A stretch of DNA of 63,092 bases, filler included, from Choristocarpus tenellus KU-1152 (taxonomy: Eukaryota > Protista > Phaeophyceae): the NCBI GenBank assembly GCA_964200185.2. It is 8 parts of 8 records of this genome, joined end to end, with 100 filler letters (N's around TTAATTAATTAA, not from the genome) between each part and the next. Parts side by side here need not be neighbours in the genome. Positions count along the whole stretch, not along the records: positions 19,391 to 35,855 come from CAXNAD020000826.1; positions 35,956 to 39,453 come from CAXNAD020019622.1; 6 more parts are not named here. One strand, 5' to 3'. Positions 25,100-35,999 of this stretch are shown piece after piece. The translations under genes and the position numbers were made by a program. Positions within the stretch are counted from its first letter, which is position 1. The number at the start of each line of letters is the position of its first letter. The notes beneath the pieces were generated by a model that worked only from the letters and a program-made list of their open reading frames with translations, had not been told where the DNA came from and did no database searches.

Positions 25100-28000
25100 G
25101 GACATCAACCTCCACCAACAAGAATTGGTGACTCTTGCCCACTCCTCATTGGGGTCCATGCCATAGATGATGGATACAAGAAAGTCCCACAGCTCTGTTT
25201 CCAAGGGAAAAGCGACACTGGAAAATGAATAGAAGGATCATAGCAAGGTACCTTCATATGTAGCATATCCCAATTTTGTTGACAACACTATCAGGATTCA
25301 AGACAGCACTCAGAAGCTTCAGTTCGTGCATCTGCAATGATTTTACACTCTATATTGTCCTCTCTACTGTCAGCAACTACAGTGACTCATAGATATTTTA
25401 GTTCCAAGTTGAGCTCTGCCTTGGGACACAGTCATTACAAGGGATGCAAGAAAGCAAGGTAGCTGCATGCTTTGTGCGACTAATGGCACACCACAGTAAA
25501 GCACCAGACTCATCTATGTATCTATTTTATCCTTACCTGGGGATGCGAAGCCTTGAGCATTGAGGGCACAACTGCAAGCAGGCTTGGCAGGTTTCTCTTC
25601 TGTCGGAAAGCTTCCGGTTAACACCAGATGAAATGTGGTTGCCAACGCATAGATGTCAGCATTCTTGCCGCTCACTGACTTCTGGTCCCCAATCATGGTC
25701 GCTGAAACCTAGGTGCAGGATAATGCACGGGGCAGAGAAGGGATGGGAGCAAGTGGACAGGGGTGTTGAACTATTCCATCACGTTAACCAGCCATTGCAC
25801 ACTGCAAGAAAACAACACAAGCTCCACCAATGAGCATCCATTCTGTGACCAGAAAGAACAGCACTGGGTGGTAAGTACCCTTTGCACCTTGATTGAGAAT
25901 CCTGCCCTCACACCAACAGAAAATATAGATAGCTGAAGTCAGGGCCGTGTAAAGGGATTCCGTCTAAATGACACATAAACAGTGACTTGTGCCTTGGAGG
26001 CCACACAATCAAAGACATTGACTGGCATGAGCGAACAGGACTCCCAAATTGCCGCCTCGTTCAACAGGAGCTGAGGCCGTATGACATGGATATAGCACTC
26101 TGTCAAGTATGACAACACCTCTATTGTATGGGCATCAAGTCTTGACAAACCTCCTATTAACAATTTTCCTCATCTGTTCCACCTACTGGCACCTTGGTCA
26201 GGTAGCCATCCGCATCATCTACCTCGTCCATAGCTCTTGATCCTTCATTGAGCTGTTTTGGGAAAACCGCAACAAGCAGGAGTGATTTGAGGGACAAGCA
26301 CAAAACCAAGAGTGGATGCCCAAGAAATCTTTTTGGGGGGAGGTGGTGTGGTAAACTTCGGGCTGTGACCCCAATTTTGTCCCTTGGAAAGATTAATATA
26401 CACCAACAGGTAAGGCCACAACGTGTCACAGGTGATCAGCGCATGTACAACTCAAAAGGAATGTTCAATTCACTATAGTTATTGTGTAAAATCTGTAACT
26501 AAAGAAGAAAGTAATAGTTTTCAGTTGCATTGCAGCTTCTGAAAACTCATCACTTTCAGGCTGAAATCGTGGTCCATACCCTTTTGGTCAGTTCTGATAC
26601 ATCATCATATACTTGCCCTGAGAATAACTATACCTTCATCTGCTAACCTGAGAACCACCATCTCCGTTGGTCATCAGCCTATTGATACATCACAGGCGCC
26701 CTATATGTGGCTCAGCTCCAGCCTACCGGCTTGTGGATTGGAGGTACACATCCCGTGAAGGTAAGCTGCAGAGCTTTTTGAAACAAAAATACTGCATATG
26801 TACTCTGTTCTTATCGCCTCCTGTACATGTCTTCTATAGATCATGTTTAAATACTGTGAGGTCTTGCAATGTATGTGCCAAAGATGCTCTCATCACACGT
26901 TTGGCAAGCTAAGGGTGTCGAAGTAGAGTTGTGGAAAGAACAGTAGGTGAAAAAACCTGTAAGAAAGTGTTAGAAAGAGCAGTCGAACGACATTATAGGA
27001 TTGGAAATTGCCAGAAGAACTCGGAGTAAATGCAGTTCCCAATCCCCTAAAGGGTCATTCCAATCCCAAAAGTGCCATGCATAGTCTATGACTTGTCACA
27101 TATTGATCTACCTTGGAGCAAATGTAAACAAGAGGTATCCAGATTTTGACCATATTATTTTTATGTCACTTTTTTCACCTCCTGCACTTAATAAAAAATA
27201 TTTTGCAATTCATACTTATTTCTAGGGATGAAGTGATCATATAGAGTTGAGAGCATAGATTTCTTTGCTGTTTGAAAAAACTCTACAGTATCCAGAAAAA
27301 GTCCCTATATGCATTTGTACAAAAACCCAAATTGTGCGCATTTGTCAGCATCCTTAAAATGCAAACCCTGTGTACAGCTTGTTACTTTGGCTCCTTCATA
27401 CCCTACTGATCTACCTTTGGAAAGTGGGAAAACAATTATATTTTCGTCGTTCGCTGTATCACATAATCACCCTAATAACAAATCTATTCCAACCCTGTTG
27501 TCAAAGTACTCCTTGCACTTGGAAGGTTGGCTAGCCCAAGGCATGACAATACCAAGACCCGCCAATCACCCAGCACAGAGTCGATAATCTTAGACTCGCT
27601 GGTGTATCAGCCCAACTCACACTGTTCTGTTGGACAGCTGAGGAGAAGTCGATAATCTTGGCTACACCAGCGTCAACAACGATGTTTTGCAGCATAAAAT
27701 CGAATTGTGTGATGGCCTTGGCATGCATAGCCTGAACAGCAACGAACAGCTGTGTAGAGGAGGTGGAGGCAGATGATACAACGATATGGTCATAGGAGAT
27801 GCAAACTGACGTTTTCTCAGGGCATGGCAATTATGGGATAGACATTGTAATCTCATTCCTGTTGAACAAATGGAGCAATAGACAAAATGAACGTAAGGAG
27901 ACGCTGCAGTCTGACCTGAAGCCTTCATACCTCATCATCTGAGGTCCATCATGTAACCCCTTTTACTAATCTTGCTAAGATGGGGAAGTCGGCAAGCTGT

Positions 28001-29420
28001 ATAGCAATCACATACTCAGCAAGCACACCAAGCACATGGCAAATACATGAAGGCCTAGAGGACCAATGATGATGGCAAGATGCAGGTACACATCTCACCA
28101 GCAGGGGATCAGTCCAGATGCCCAAACATACTAGTGGCACATCCTTTAAGGAATCACAAACTGAATCTCCTCTCACCTCATAGAACATGATCTCAACGCT
28201 GTCCACCTTCTTCTGGTTAAGGCCCCGGGCTTGAATGGGGTAACCCCTGGCCTCAGACAGATTGAAGTATACATCAAGCGTCAATCTGCGCAATCCACAC
28301 ATACCAGATAGTCAGCAGGACAAGTGCAGAGTCTTGCAAGCTTTGGAGCCAGAGCAAGAACAAATACTGGGAATCAAGATAAGGACACAAAATGGAAAGG
28401 TTTTTTGGAGGTGCCAATAGTACATACAAATTGCACTACAGTACGGGGCAAATATCCTGCCAACTGTCACTGTAAGTGGGCTACTGGAGATGCTGTAAAT
28501 CAATCGGAGTGCTTGACCCTCATTACATTCTCCAAAACTTGAGGAAGACAAAGTCATGTACAGAGTTTGCCCCCGTTGAATTTGTCTACTGTGGGACTGC
28601 TGTGACTAATATGAACACAATGCTCAATCCATCTGTGTGCACACATAACACCAGGCCTTTGAAATGGCCCTGACATCAAGACCCTTCCTTCTTGTATAGA
28701 CAACATGTACGTATGTTTCTGGTGAACAACAAGCAAAAAGCAAAATACTGATGCTGGGTAGATACTTTAAATGCAAAATTCAAGTACGATACGTTTGTGT
28801 AGGGTGGAGATACCATCAACACATACGCACCAATGGGATGAGCTAGTCTGCCTTCTGGTTCTAACTTGTCTTTTTCATTTTAACCACAGTCTTAGTAGAA
28901 AACATGCTTCCACAAAACCGTCAAAAAGTCAGTCCACCTTGCATCGATCTTGTAATGAAGATTAGATTGAACAGCCGAAGACTCACCCAGCATTCTCCAT
29001 TATGATCATGGACCACCTACTGTCCATATTGTCTGTTATTGGCGACTTAACACACTGCACAAAGTGCTTGTTTCCCTTGAAGGCTCTGGCAATGTCCTCC
29101 TCCATCTTCACCCTGCCCCTTTTTGCTGGTGAAACTTTGACCATTAACTTCAATGTGATGAGGTAAGATGAGGAGAGCAGGGGGTGGGGACAGGCTCCTG
29201 TCATTGTTTGATACGAGTAAGTCAGACTCTAACCAAGTGTGTGTGGTGGAAAAAATTCTAACGTAGTACATACTTCAATCTGGCTCCCTTGTGGTGACCT
29301 TGGTACTTGTTACAGACATGACAATCCTCAGATTGGGTAAGATATCAAACCCTACTCTTCCAGATCTGTCAATATCCTTGCTTTCACTCCAATATGAACA
29401 ATACAGGATACTTTGTACCA
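25100..29420 (-). pseudogene. Ser/Thr protein kinase domain(s), spliced, decayed
   Basis: N-lobe exon 29147-28987 reads LMVKVSPAK..KMEEDIARAFKGNKHFVQ..SMIIMENAG. Exon from 27749 reads LFVAVQAMHAKAITQFDFMLQNIVVDAGVAKIIDFSSA (subdomains VIb/VII). ATYRAPVM lies at ~26700 and ADIYALATTFHLVLTG at ~25640 (IX). In-frame stops occur. Confidence 0.75.
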
Positions 29421-30983
29421 AGGGTGTCGGTAAGACTGCAATAAAGACAACAGCCCTTCACCAAACAGGTGCCTGCCTCACCTCCAATCTTGGCAGGATA
29501 AGCAGATCTGGGCATAGAGCGCAGAAACCTTTACTTACAACATCACAAGAGTAAAAACTGCTTCTATGACAAGCGGATCCAGCAGAACCAGTCACCATAT
29601 GCTGGTGGAGGCCTTTTTTTTTCTTTTTCTCACTGTTCTCATGCACAAGAAGAAAATTATACACCAAGTTAGGTACTGCTGATCCCTGCAATAGGCCAAA
29701 CTCATATCATTGCTACACATGATTCAAGTTTACTCCTGAAGACACACTGCAATAGTGGTTTTGTGTTCAAAAACAATAGACATATGAGCGATGCTCTCAC
29801 CTTTTTTATTGTCTTGTAGCACCTCTCTCGAGTATGACCCAGGACACTGGCAGGGAAGATGTAGGTATGATCATCACGAATCATTTCACTTTGATGTATC
29901 AAAATTGATTCAGTGGGATATGTGTTGATCAAGACGTTCGAGACTTGATCCATCATCAATGGCTTGATGTCTGGGTCGCCTAGGTCCATGTTGTCATCAC
30001 TAGCCTACATCAAAGGGGAGAGGGTGAGGAAATTTCACTCAGAATGAACAAGGTCTGAAATGAACATAATAGACGCACACATTAGGGCTAGAATTGATGG
30101 CATGATCGTTTACTGAATGAAACACAACTTTGTAGTCCAAGTGTTGCATATAGTAACTGTGGCACCTATGTAACCTGCAGCGGAATGCATGTTCCAGAGA
30201 TATCATAAAGGAACGGTACCAAAGTATTTTCTGAACAGTTTTGGGATTTGGTAAAAAGGCTTAGGCAAGAGGTCAGGAACTGGTGGGTTAGATTGGCGTC
30301 TTGAATGCAAGTGGGACTGTGCTGATGATGAGCGATTTTGGTACTAGTTGTACTCTTTGTCATTACCTGCATCTAGTCGCAACATGATAACCTCATGGCG
30401 ATACACTCCCCAACACACTGTGAAGTGCACATTGGCGCAAGCAGCAAAAGAGGCCAACTTTAGTACTCATATACATGCAGTGTCCCACACTAGGCCCCCA
30501 TGACTTTGTTACAAACTGCACTGTACACAAGGACAAGATCAAAATACTTTACTTTTCACTTTCACAACGTCATAGACCTCCTGGACAAACAACAAAAGTT
30601 TTGGATATTCAGTCATTTTCTAGAAAAATGCTTGTAAGAAACTGTTTTCGATTTTCCTTTCTTGGGGGAAAAAACATGTGGTACACGGTATATTGATATT
30701 AGTTCAAGGCGAGCAAAGATTAGAAACATCTGTTATATGTAGTACCACTACTCAGACCTACCAATAGTTTGTCCTTTTCGAATAGTAAACCAGAAAGTAA
30801 ACTAGGATGAAGATATTTTAACGAGTGTATGTTCGGTATTGGTATGATAATACCAACCTTTTTCTACTACAAACAAAACGAGCAATACCTGAGTGAGAGG
30901 GAATACCAAGTTCTGTCACCTTGATAGCAAAGCACTGTTTCAAGCATTAGTTAAGAAGCTAGTGTGAGAGGTCTAAAGTAATG

Positions 30984-32660
30984 CTAGGGAGGGAGAGAGC
31001 GGACACAAGAAGAATAGTTGCAGAATGGTTGAACATTCACAACTGTTGTACACCTGGGTTCAGAGGAGAAGGGGGAAAGTGGAGAGATGACAAGAGGAAA
31101 TGGGAGAGGCAAGTACACCACACAGTAAGTACTGCCAACAATCAGACTCCCCCCCCCCCTCCTATTACTGCCATCATGACCGCTACAATCGTTTCCAATG
31201 CCCCCTACCTGCACCACCATGCTCTCTTTGTCACTCCTGGTTCCAGATGTCGATGTGGATGCAGTCACCATCCTCAAGTTGTTATTCCCCAACCCTGATC
31301 CACTTTCCATTGGTTGTAGAATGGGAGGAATGCCTGTTGGTCTCCTCCCCTTGCCTTCCTTCTTGCTAAATTCCCTTGTTGAAGTAGTCTTGGTACTCCT
31401 ATTGGTCGACCCTACAACCTCTTCTACGATCCCCTGCTCCCCACCACTCTGCACACAAGGAGTAGAAAATTCCCCAACCCCATGCAGCATCTCCTGCCCT
31501 CCACCATTCTTGGCATCACCAACAGTTGGGACTTCATCACTCTCCACTTGCACACCCTCCTGCAAAGCCTTATTGACACCACCAGCAGAAACTTCCCCAG
31601 CCCCATGCAGCATCTCCTGCCCTCCACCATTCTTGGTATCACCAACAGTTGGAAATCCGCCACTCTCCTCTTGCACACCCTCCTGCAAAGCCTTATTGAC
31701 ACCACCAGCAGAAACTTCCCTAACCCCATGCAGCATCTCCTGCCCTCCACCATTCTTGACATCACTAACAGTTAGAAATCCGCCACTCTCCTCTTGCACA
31801 CCCTCCTGCAAAGCCTTATTGACACCACCAGCAGAAACTTCCCCAACCCCATCTAGCATCTCCTGCCCTCCACCATTCTTGACATTACTAACGGTTACAA
31901 ATCCGCCACTCTCCTCTTGCACAACCTCCTCTAAAGTCTTATTGATACCACCAGTGGAAACTTTCCCAGCCCCATCCAGTGTCTCCTGCCCTCCACCCTT
32001 CTTCACATCACCAACCCCAGTTGGGACTTTGCTATTCTCCTCTTCCACACAATCCTCCAAAGCTATATTGACACTACCAGAGGAAAATCCCCCAACCCCA
32101 CCTAGCATTTCCTGCCCTCCACCCTTCTTGACATCGCCAACCATAGTTGGGACCTCACCACTCTCCTCTTGCACACCCTCCTCTAAGGCCTTGTTGACTC
32201 CACCAGAGGTAACTTCCCCACTCCCGTCTAGTATTTCCTGCCCTCCCCTATTCTCGACATCACCAAGAGCACAAATTTGATTACCCCCATGTTGCCCTTC
32301 CTTCCCTTCCTCCCCAGGGCCTTCTGGTGGTTGAACATCAGCTTTGGGCAATTGAGGGCGACAAGAGCTTGGAAGTGAAGTGGGAAATAGAATACATCTC
32401 AGCATGTCAGGTTGCACATCTGTAAGGGCAGCAAACCGTGCCACAACATCTGACTCTATTGCACCTGCAATATCACCATTGGGGAGTAGAGGTGTAACAC
32501 TTCCGTTGACCATGGTGGCAATAGAGGGTAGTTTGCAGCAGAAGTCATGAAAGAGGAGATGATGCCATGATGCGACCTTGTCTCTCTCATAGCCTGCATT
32601 TAGCCTCTTGAATGCAGTGTCGAAGCTCTCCAGAGTTAAGGCATCGTAGAGAGGGCATGG
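30984..32660 (-). CDS. Large acidic, Gly-rich repeat-containing exon
   Basis: 509-aa ORF whose frame stays open upstream to about 32663. It is on the same strand as, and lies between, the ParB-like and kinase exons. Confidence 0.6.
   Translation of the reverse strand, partial: PCPLYDALTLESFDTAFKRLNAGYERDKVASWHHLLFHDFCCKLPSIATMVNGSVTPLLPNGDIAGAIESDVVARFAALTDVQPDMLRCILFPTSLPSSCRPQLPKADVQPPEGPGEEGKEGQHGGNQICALGDVENRGGQEILDGSGEVTSGGVNKALEEGVQEESGEVPTMVGDVKKGGGQEMLGGVGGFSSGSVNIALEDCVEEENSKVPTGVGDVKKGGGQETLDGAGKVSTGGINKTLEEVVQEESGGFVTVSNVKNGGGQEMLDGVGEVSAGGVNKALQEGVQEESGGFLTVSDVKNGGGQEMLHGVREVSAGGVNKALQEGVQEESGGFPTVGDTKNGGGQEMLHGAGEVSAGGVNKALQEGVQVESDEVPTVGDAKNGGGQEMLHGVGEFSTPCVQSGGEQGIVEEVVGSTNRSTKTTSTREFSKKEGKGRRPTGIPPILQPMESGSGLGNNNLRMVTASTSTSGTRSDKESMVVQVGGIGNDCSGHDGSNRRGGGSLIVGSTYCVVYLPLPFPLVISPLSPFSSEPRCTTVVNVQPFCNYSSCVRSLPP
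31465..32270 (-). repeat. Coding tandem repeat, 123-126 bp (41-42 aa) x ~7
   Basis: TCCTGCCCTCC at 31492, 31615, 31738, 31861, 31984, 32110 and ~32236. Unit is GGGQEMLHGVxEVSAGGVNKALQEGVQEESGGFxTVxDxKN. Confidence 0.95.
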
Positions 32661-33014
32661 TTTTCACTGTTAGTGCTGTTGTTGGTATCATTGCAAGAAG
32701 TAGCATTAGTAACATTTGTGTTCTACCAGAGCTCTAATATGTAAGTACAACAATAATAGTAGCAACAATAATAATAGTAATCACACTCAACAAAAAGCGC
32801 AGTCTAAAATGACAATTGATCTAAGAGGTTGCTCAAGACAAAACACTTGGGGAAAATGGGAAGGTGTGAATGGAATGTAAATAGGAGGGGGAAAAAAAAA
32901 TGATATTAAGGAAAATGAAAGAGATAGAGGAAGAGAAGAGGTCATTTCTTGAGGCAAGCCAAATACAAAAGCCCATAGTAAAACAAAGCTTAAAAACTCA
33001 TAAAGACAAGATAC

Positions 33015-34720
33015 AGTAATAATATTACTGCCACTAATATCCCCATTGCCCAGCAAGTGCATGAACTCCTTGGAGGGATCCATCTAGAATGTAGCACTCA
33101 ACTTTTGAGAGGAAACCGTGAGGAAGATGTGCAAGGGTTTAAAAATTCCCTGGTACTCAAGAGGGTCACATGCAACAAGGATGCAGCAAAAGTATTTCTT
33201 ACATCTTTCTCGGATTCAGAGAGCTTTTTCCATGCCACATCAAATACTCCGACTGCCTTTTCGATATACTTAGCCATCTTCCCAAGGTCCTCCTGGAGCC
33301 CTTGCTTTCCATGAGCCTTGAGGGGTCCATCATCATAAAGTCGAGTCTGGTGCTTGAGGACGAAATTAATGTACAGCTTACAGCCCAAGGCGAGAGCCCA
33401 CTTCCCGTTGGGCCTAGATTCCACCACGCTAACCACTTGCTGCAGGGGCACAGGGGTGTGCAGTGAGAGTGAGGGTTTATGTGGACTGTCAACTAGCAAT
33501 GGGGGACAGAAAGAGACTGAACACATCCTTGCTAACCTTGTTGAACTTGGTAAAGGTGAAGAAGTCAGATTTTCCTGAGGTGGATTCGAGGGGGATAGTG
33601 TTGTAGTACTCATGCAGGGTATGTCCAGAGGAGAACCGGCCTGTGGATATTGCGAGGGAGATTCGAATCTTGAGGCCAGGACGTGTGGAGTCACCCTTCG
33701 CCCTGTCTGTGGATGTGAGCGATCTCACCACCGCTCTTAGATGATCTTCGCGACCCCTGTAAATCACGGAACGCATGACGGAGGAAGGATGGGACTGTAT
33801 CGTTCTTGGGGCAAACTTTGAGACAGGAAAGCAACTCTTTATCGAGGACAAGTCTGTTCTTCAGTTCAGCACCCATGACCGCCATGTACTCACCTTGCAA
33901 GCATCGAGAAGTACTCTACCGAGTCCAAGAAGGTGTTGGGGTGGACTGCGGTATGCGCGTCATTGATCTCATACGCGACACGCATGAAGAGCGTTCTGGC
34001 GTGGGCGCTACTGATATGGCCACAATAGTAAAAGTTGATCGGTACTCTTTCGAAGAAGTCTGGCTGTTTGAGCATGTTCTCCTTGTTGCTCCACCTAGAC
34101 TCCCGCCATGGGAATCGACTTTCCTGACCACCAACTGCAAGTTGAAAGTCAGCCATCAGGTCTGACACAGCTTCCATGCGATGAAATCCACCTACGAGAT
34201 ACATATCGTACTTGGCACAGTATGGAACGCACGGCATGAAAGGTGGGACACTGAACACCGCCGTATATTTAGGCCTGAGCTCAATCATGTGTTTATGTCA
34301 TATTTTTTCCTCGGGAAGCGTGTGGTCATTTCACTTCACAACCGACCAACTCACCTCGTTGTCTTCCCCAGGATGAATAAGGACAGATAAGGCAGAAGCT
34401 TCGGCAACAACACCATGGGAGAAGAGATGACCCGCCACAGCGTCCACCCGAGGGCGGAGGATAGGGCGTATGCGCAAGTCCCTGCGCATGTCCTTGAGAA
34501 TACGGACGTGAACATTCGCCCTCCTTCCTATACTTGTTGCCCTCAGGACGATGTCGGTGTGGAGTTCCAGGAGGTTGGCAATTGGGGATATTTTGTTTCT
34601 CACCCTGCACTCAGCCAGAGCTTCGTCAAGGCGAGCACGGAAATGATCTGGGCTTGTCAAACCCCACCCAAGAGCATCTGCGAAGTCCTGTACGCTAAGT
34701 CTTGAAGTGTCCGCACCCAT
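33015..34720 (-). CDS. ParB/Sulfiredoxin-like N-terminal domain protein, 5' exons
   Basis: Phase-compatible exons at 34720-34355, 34210-33894, 33756-33537, 33439-33203 and 33083 onward. The spliced product LRIRPILRPRVDAVAGHLFSHGVVAEASALSVLIHPGEDNE|YDMYLVGGFHRMEAVSDL fits ParB/Srx YxLVxGxHRxxA. Confidence 0.72.
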
Positions 34721-35289
34721 GATCGCTTGCGGTATCTCGCACCTCCTCCGAAAAAGTGTTTTCCTTTTTCCACGACATTCCCCAAGATATATACATTACT
34801 CATATTGAGCACCAAACCCTAACCCTTGGTAGTGTGTATATTTCTACAGTGTAGACATACAAAAAGGTACGCAGTTTAAAATGTGGTTTATGTATTATTT
34901 GTACCCCCACACCCACTTCGTAAGATACACTATTTCTAATGTTTTTGATACCTCCTAGATACCACCACTATATACTACTACTTCCTAGAACCTTTTAAGT
35001 GGATCTTGTCCTAAGTGTCAACCTAAGTTACTTGCGTTACTGGAGGAAGTTTGAGTTTTGCCATTTCAAGCCTGACACATCCTTTTTTAAAGCTATATTC
35101 TTTCATAAAAGCTTCTTCTGACGGGTAAGAAAGTCAACATTTAAAAAACAGGTGTGACCAACATGTTTTATGAGTTCATTGTCCACTCAGGTATTTATGG
35201 GGTTGTGCGACCACGTAATGTTAGGGTTAGGGTTAGGTTTTTTGTGTAGAGAACAAGACCACATAACATTGCACTCACCCATCAGTTTA

Positions 35290-35518
35290 AAAAATGTGTG
35301 ATATGTCTGCATCGAACATTAAAAAATAAATAAAGAACTCTTCTTCTTCTAGTTGCAGCCATTCCTGAGCCCAAGTGTTGCTGTTGTTATTCACGAAGTC
35401 ACCAACCTTGATCTTCAAATCTTCCAACGCCTCCCCAAAGCGAAGGACGCAATCTCCCTCTCCCTCCTCTCCGTATTGGACGCCCACACTCGGTTTTTCA
35501 TGCAGCAGTGACAACCTG
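35290..35518 (-). CDS. Putative exon of unknown function upstream of the ParB-like gene
   Basis: cag| acceptor, then LSLLHEKPSVGVQYGEEGEGDCVLRFGEALEDLKIKVGDFVNNNSNTWAQEWLQ. Confidence 0.3.
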
Positions 35519-35830
35519 GTCCATTATTAGCTGTTGTTTATCAGTCCAATTATTCGGGAACTCCACTGTTCACCTGCCTGTTCCTATCGATCAGCTCACC
35601 ATGCCAGCTCAGTTGTCCATCAGGAGTGAACACGACTGAAAGTCACTTTCCTCACATACATGTAGCAGGAAGACGGTACAAAGCCACTTCTTGGAAATGG
35701 AGTGGCTAGACCATGCTGAAGTAAACGCATTGGATTGGCCTTTTCCTGGCAATTATATCACCAATCGGATTCTACCTTGCCTTGAAATACATCTCTGTCC
35801 ACTTCAAGCCATGTCCAACATGACTCAAAA

Positions 35831-35855
35831 GACCCAAATTATCTGGGAGGGGGGG
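35831..35855. mobile_element. MITE family A end
   Basis: GACCCAAATTATCTGGGAGGGGGGG. Confidence 0.65.
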
Positions 35856-35999
35856 NNNNNNNNNNNNNNNNNNNNNNNNNNNNNNNNNNNNNNNNNNNNT
35901 TAATTAATTAANNNNNNNNNNNNNNNNNNNNNNNNNNNNNNNNNNNNNNNNNNNNATTCAACACAATAATCTCATATACACAAAATAAGATACACCTCA

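Noticed and set aside
31198-32280. 360-aa Pro/Ser/Cys-rich + strand ORF
   Set aside because: It is the antisense shadow of the minus-strand coding repeat; neighbouring splice signals and exons are all on the minus strand.
35221-35237. Telomere-like (TTAGGG)n, also short copies at ~34815, ~20352 and ~18038
   Set aside because: Only 2-3 units and internal, which is too short to call telomeric or element termini.
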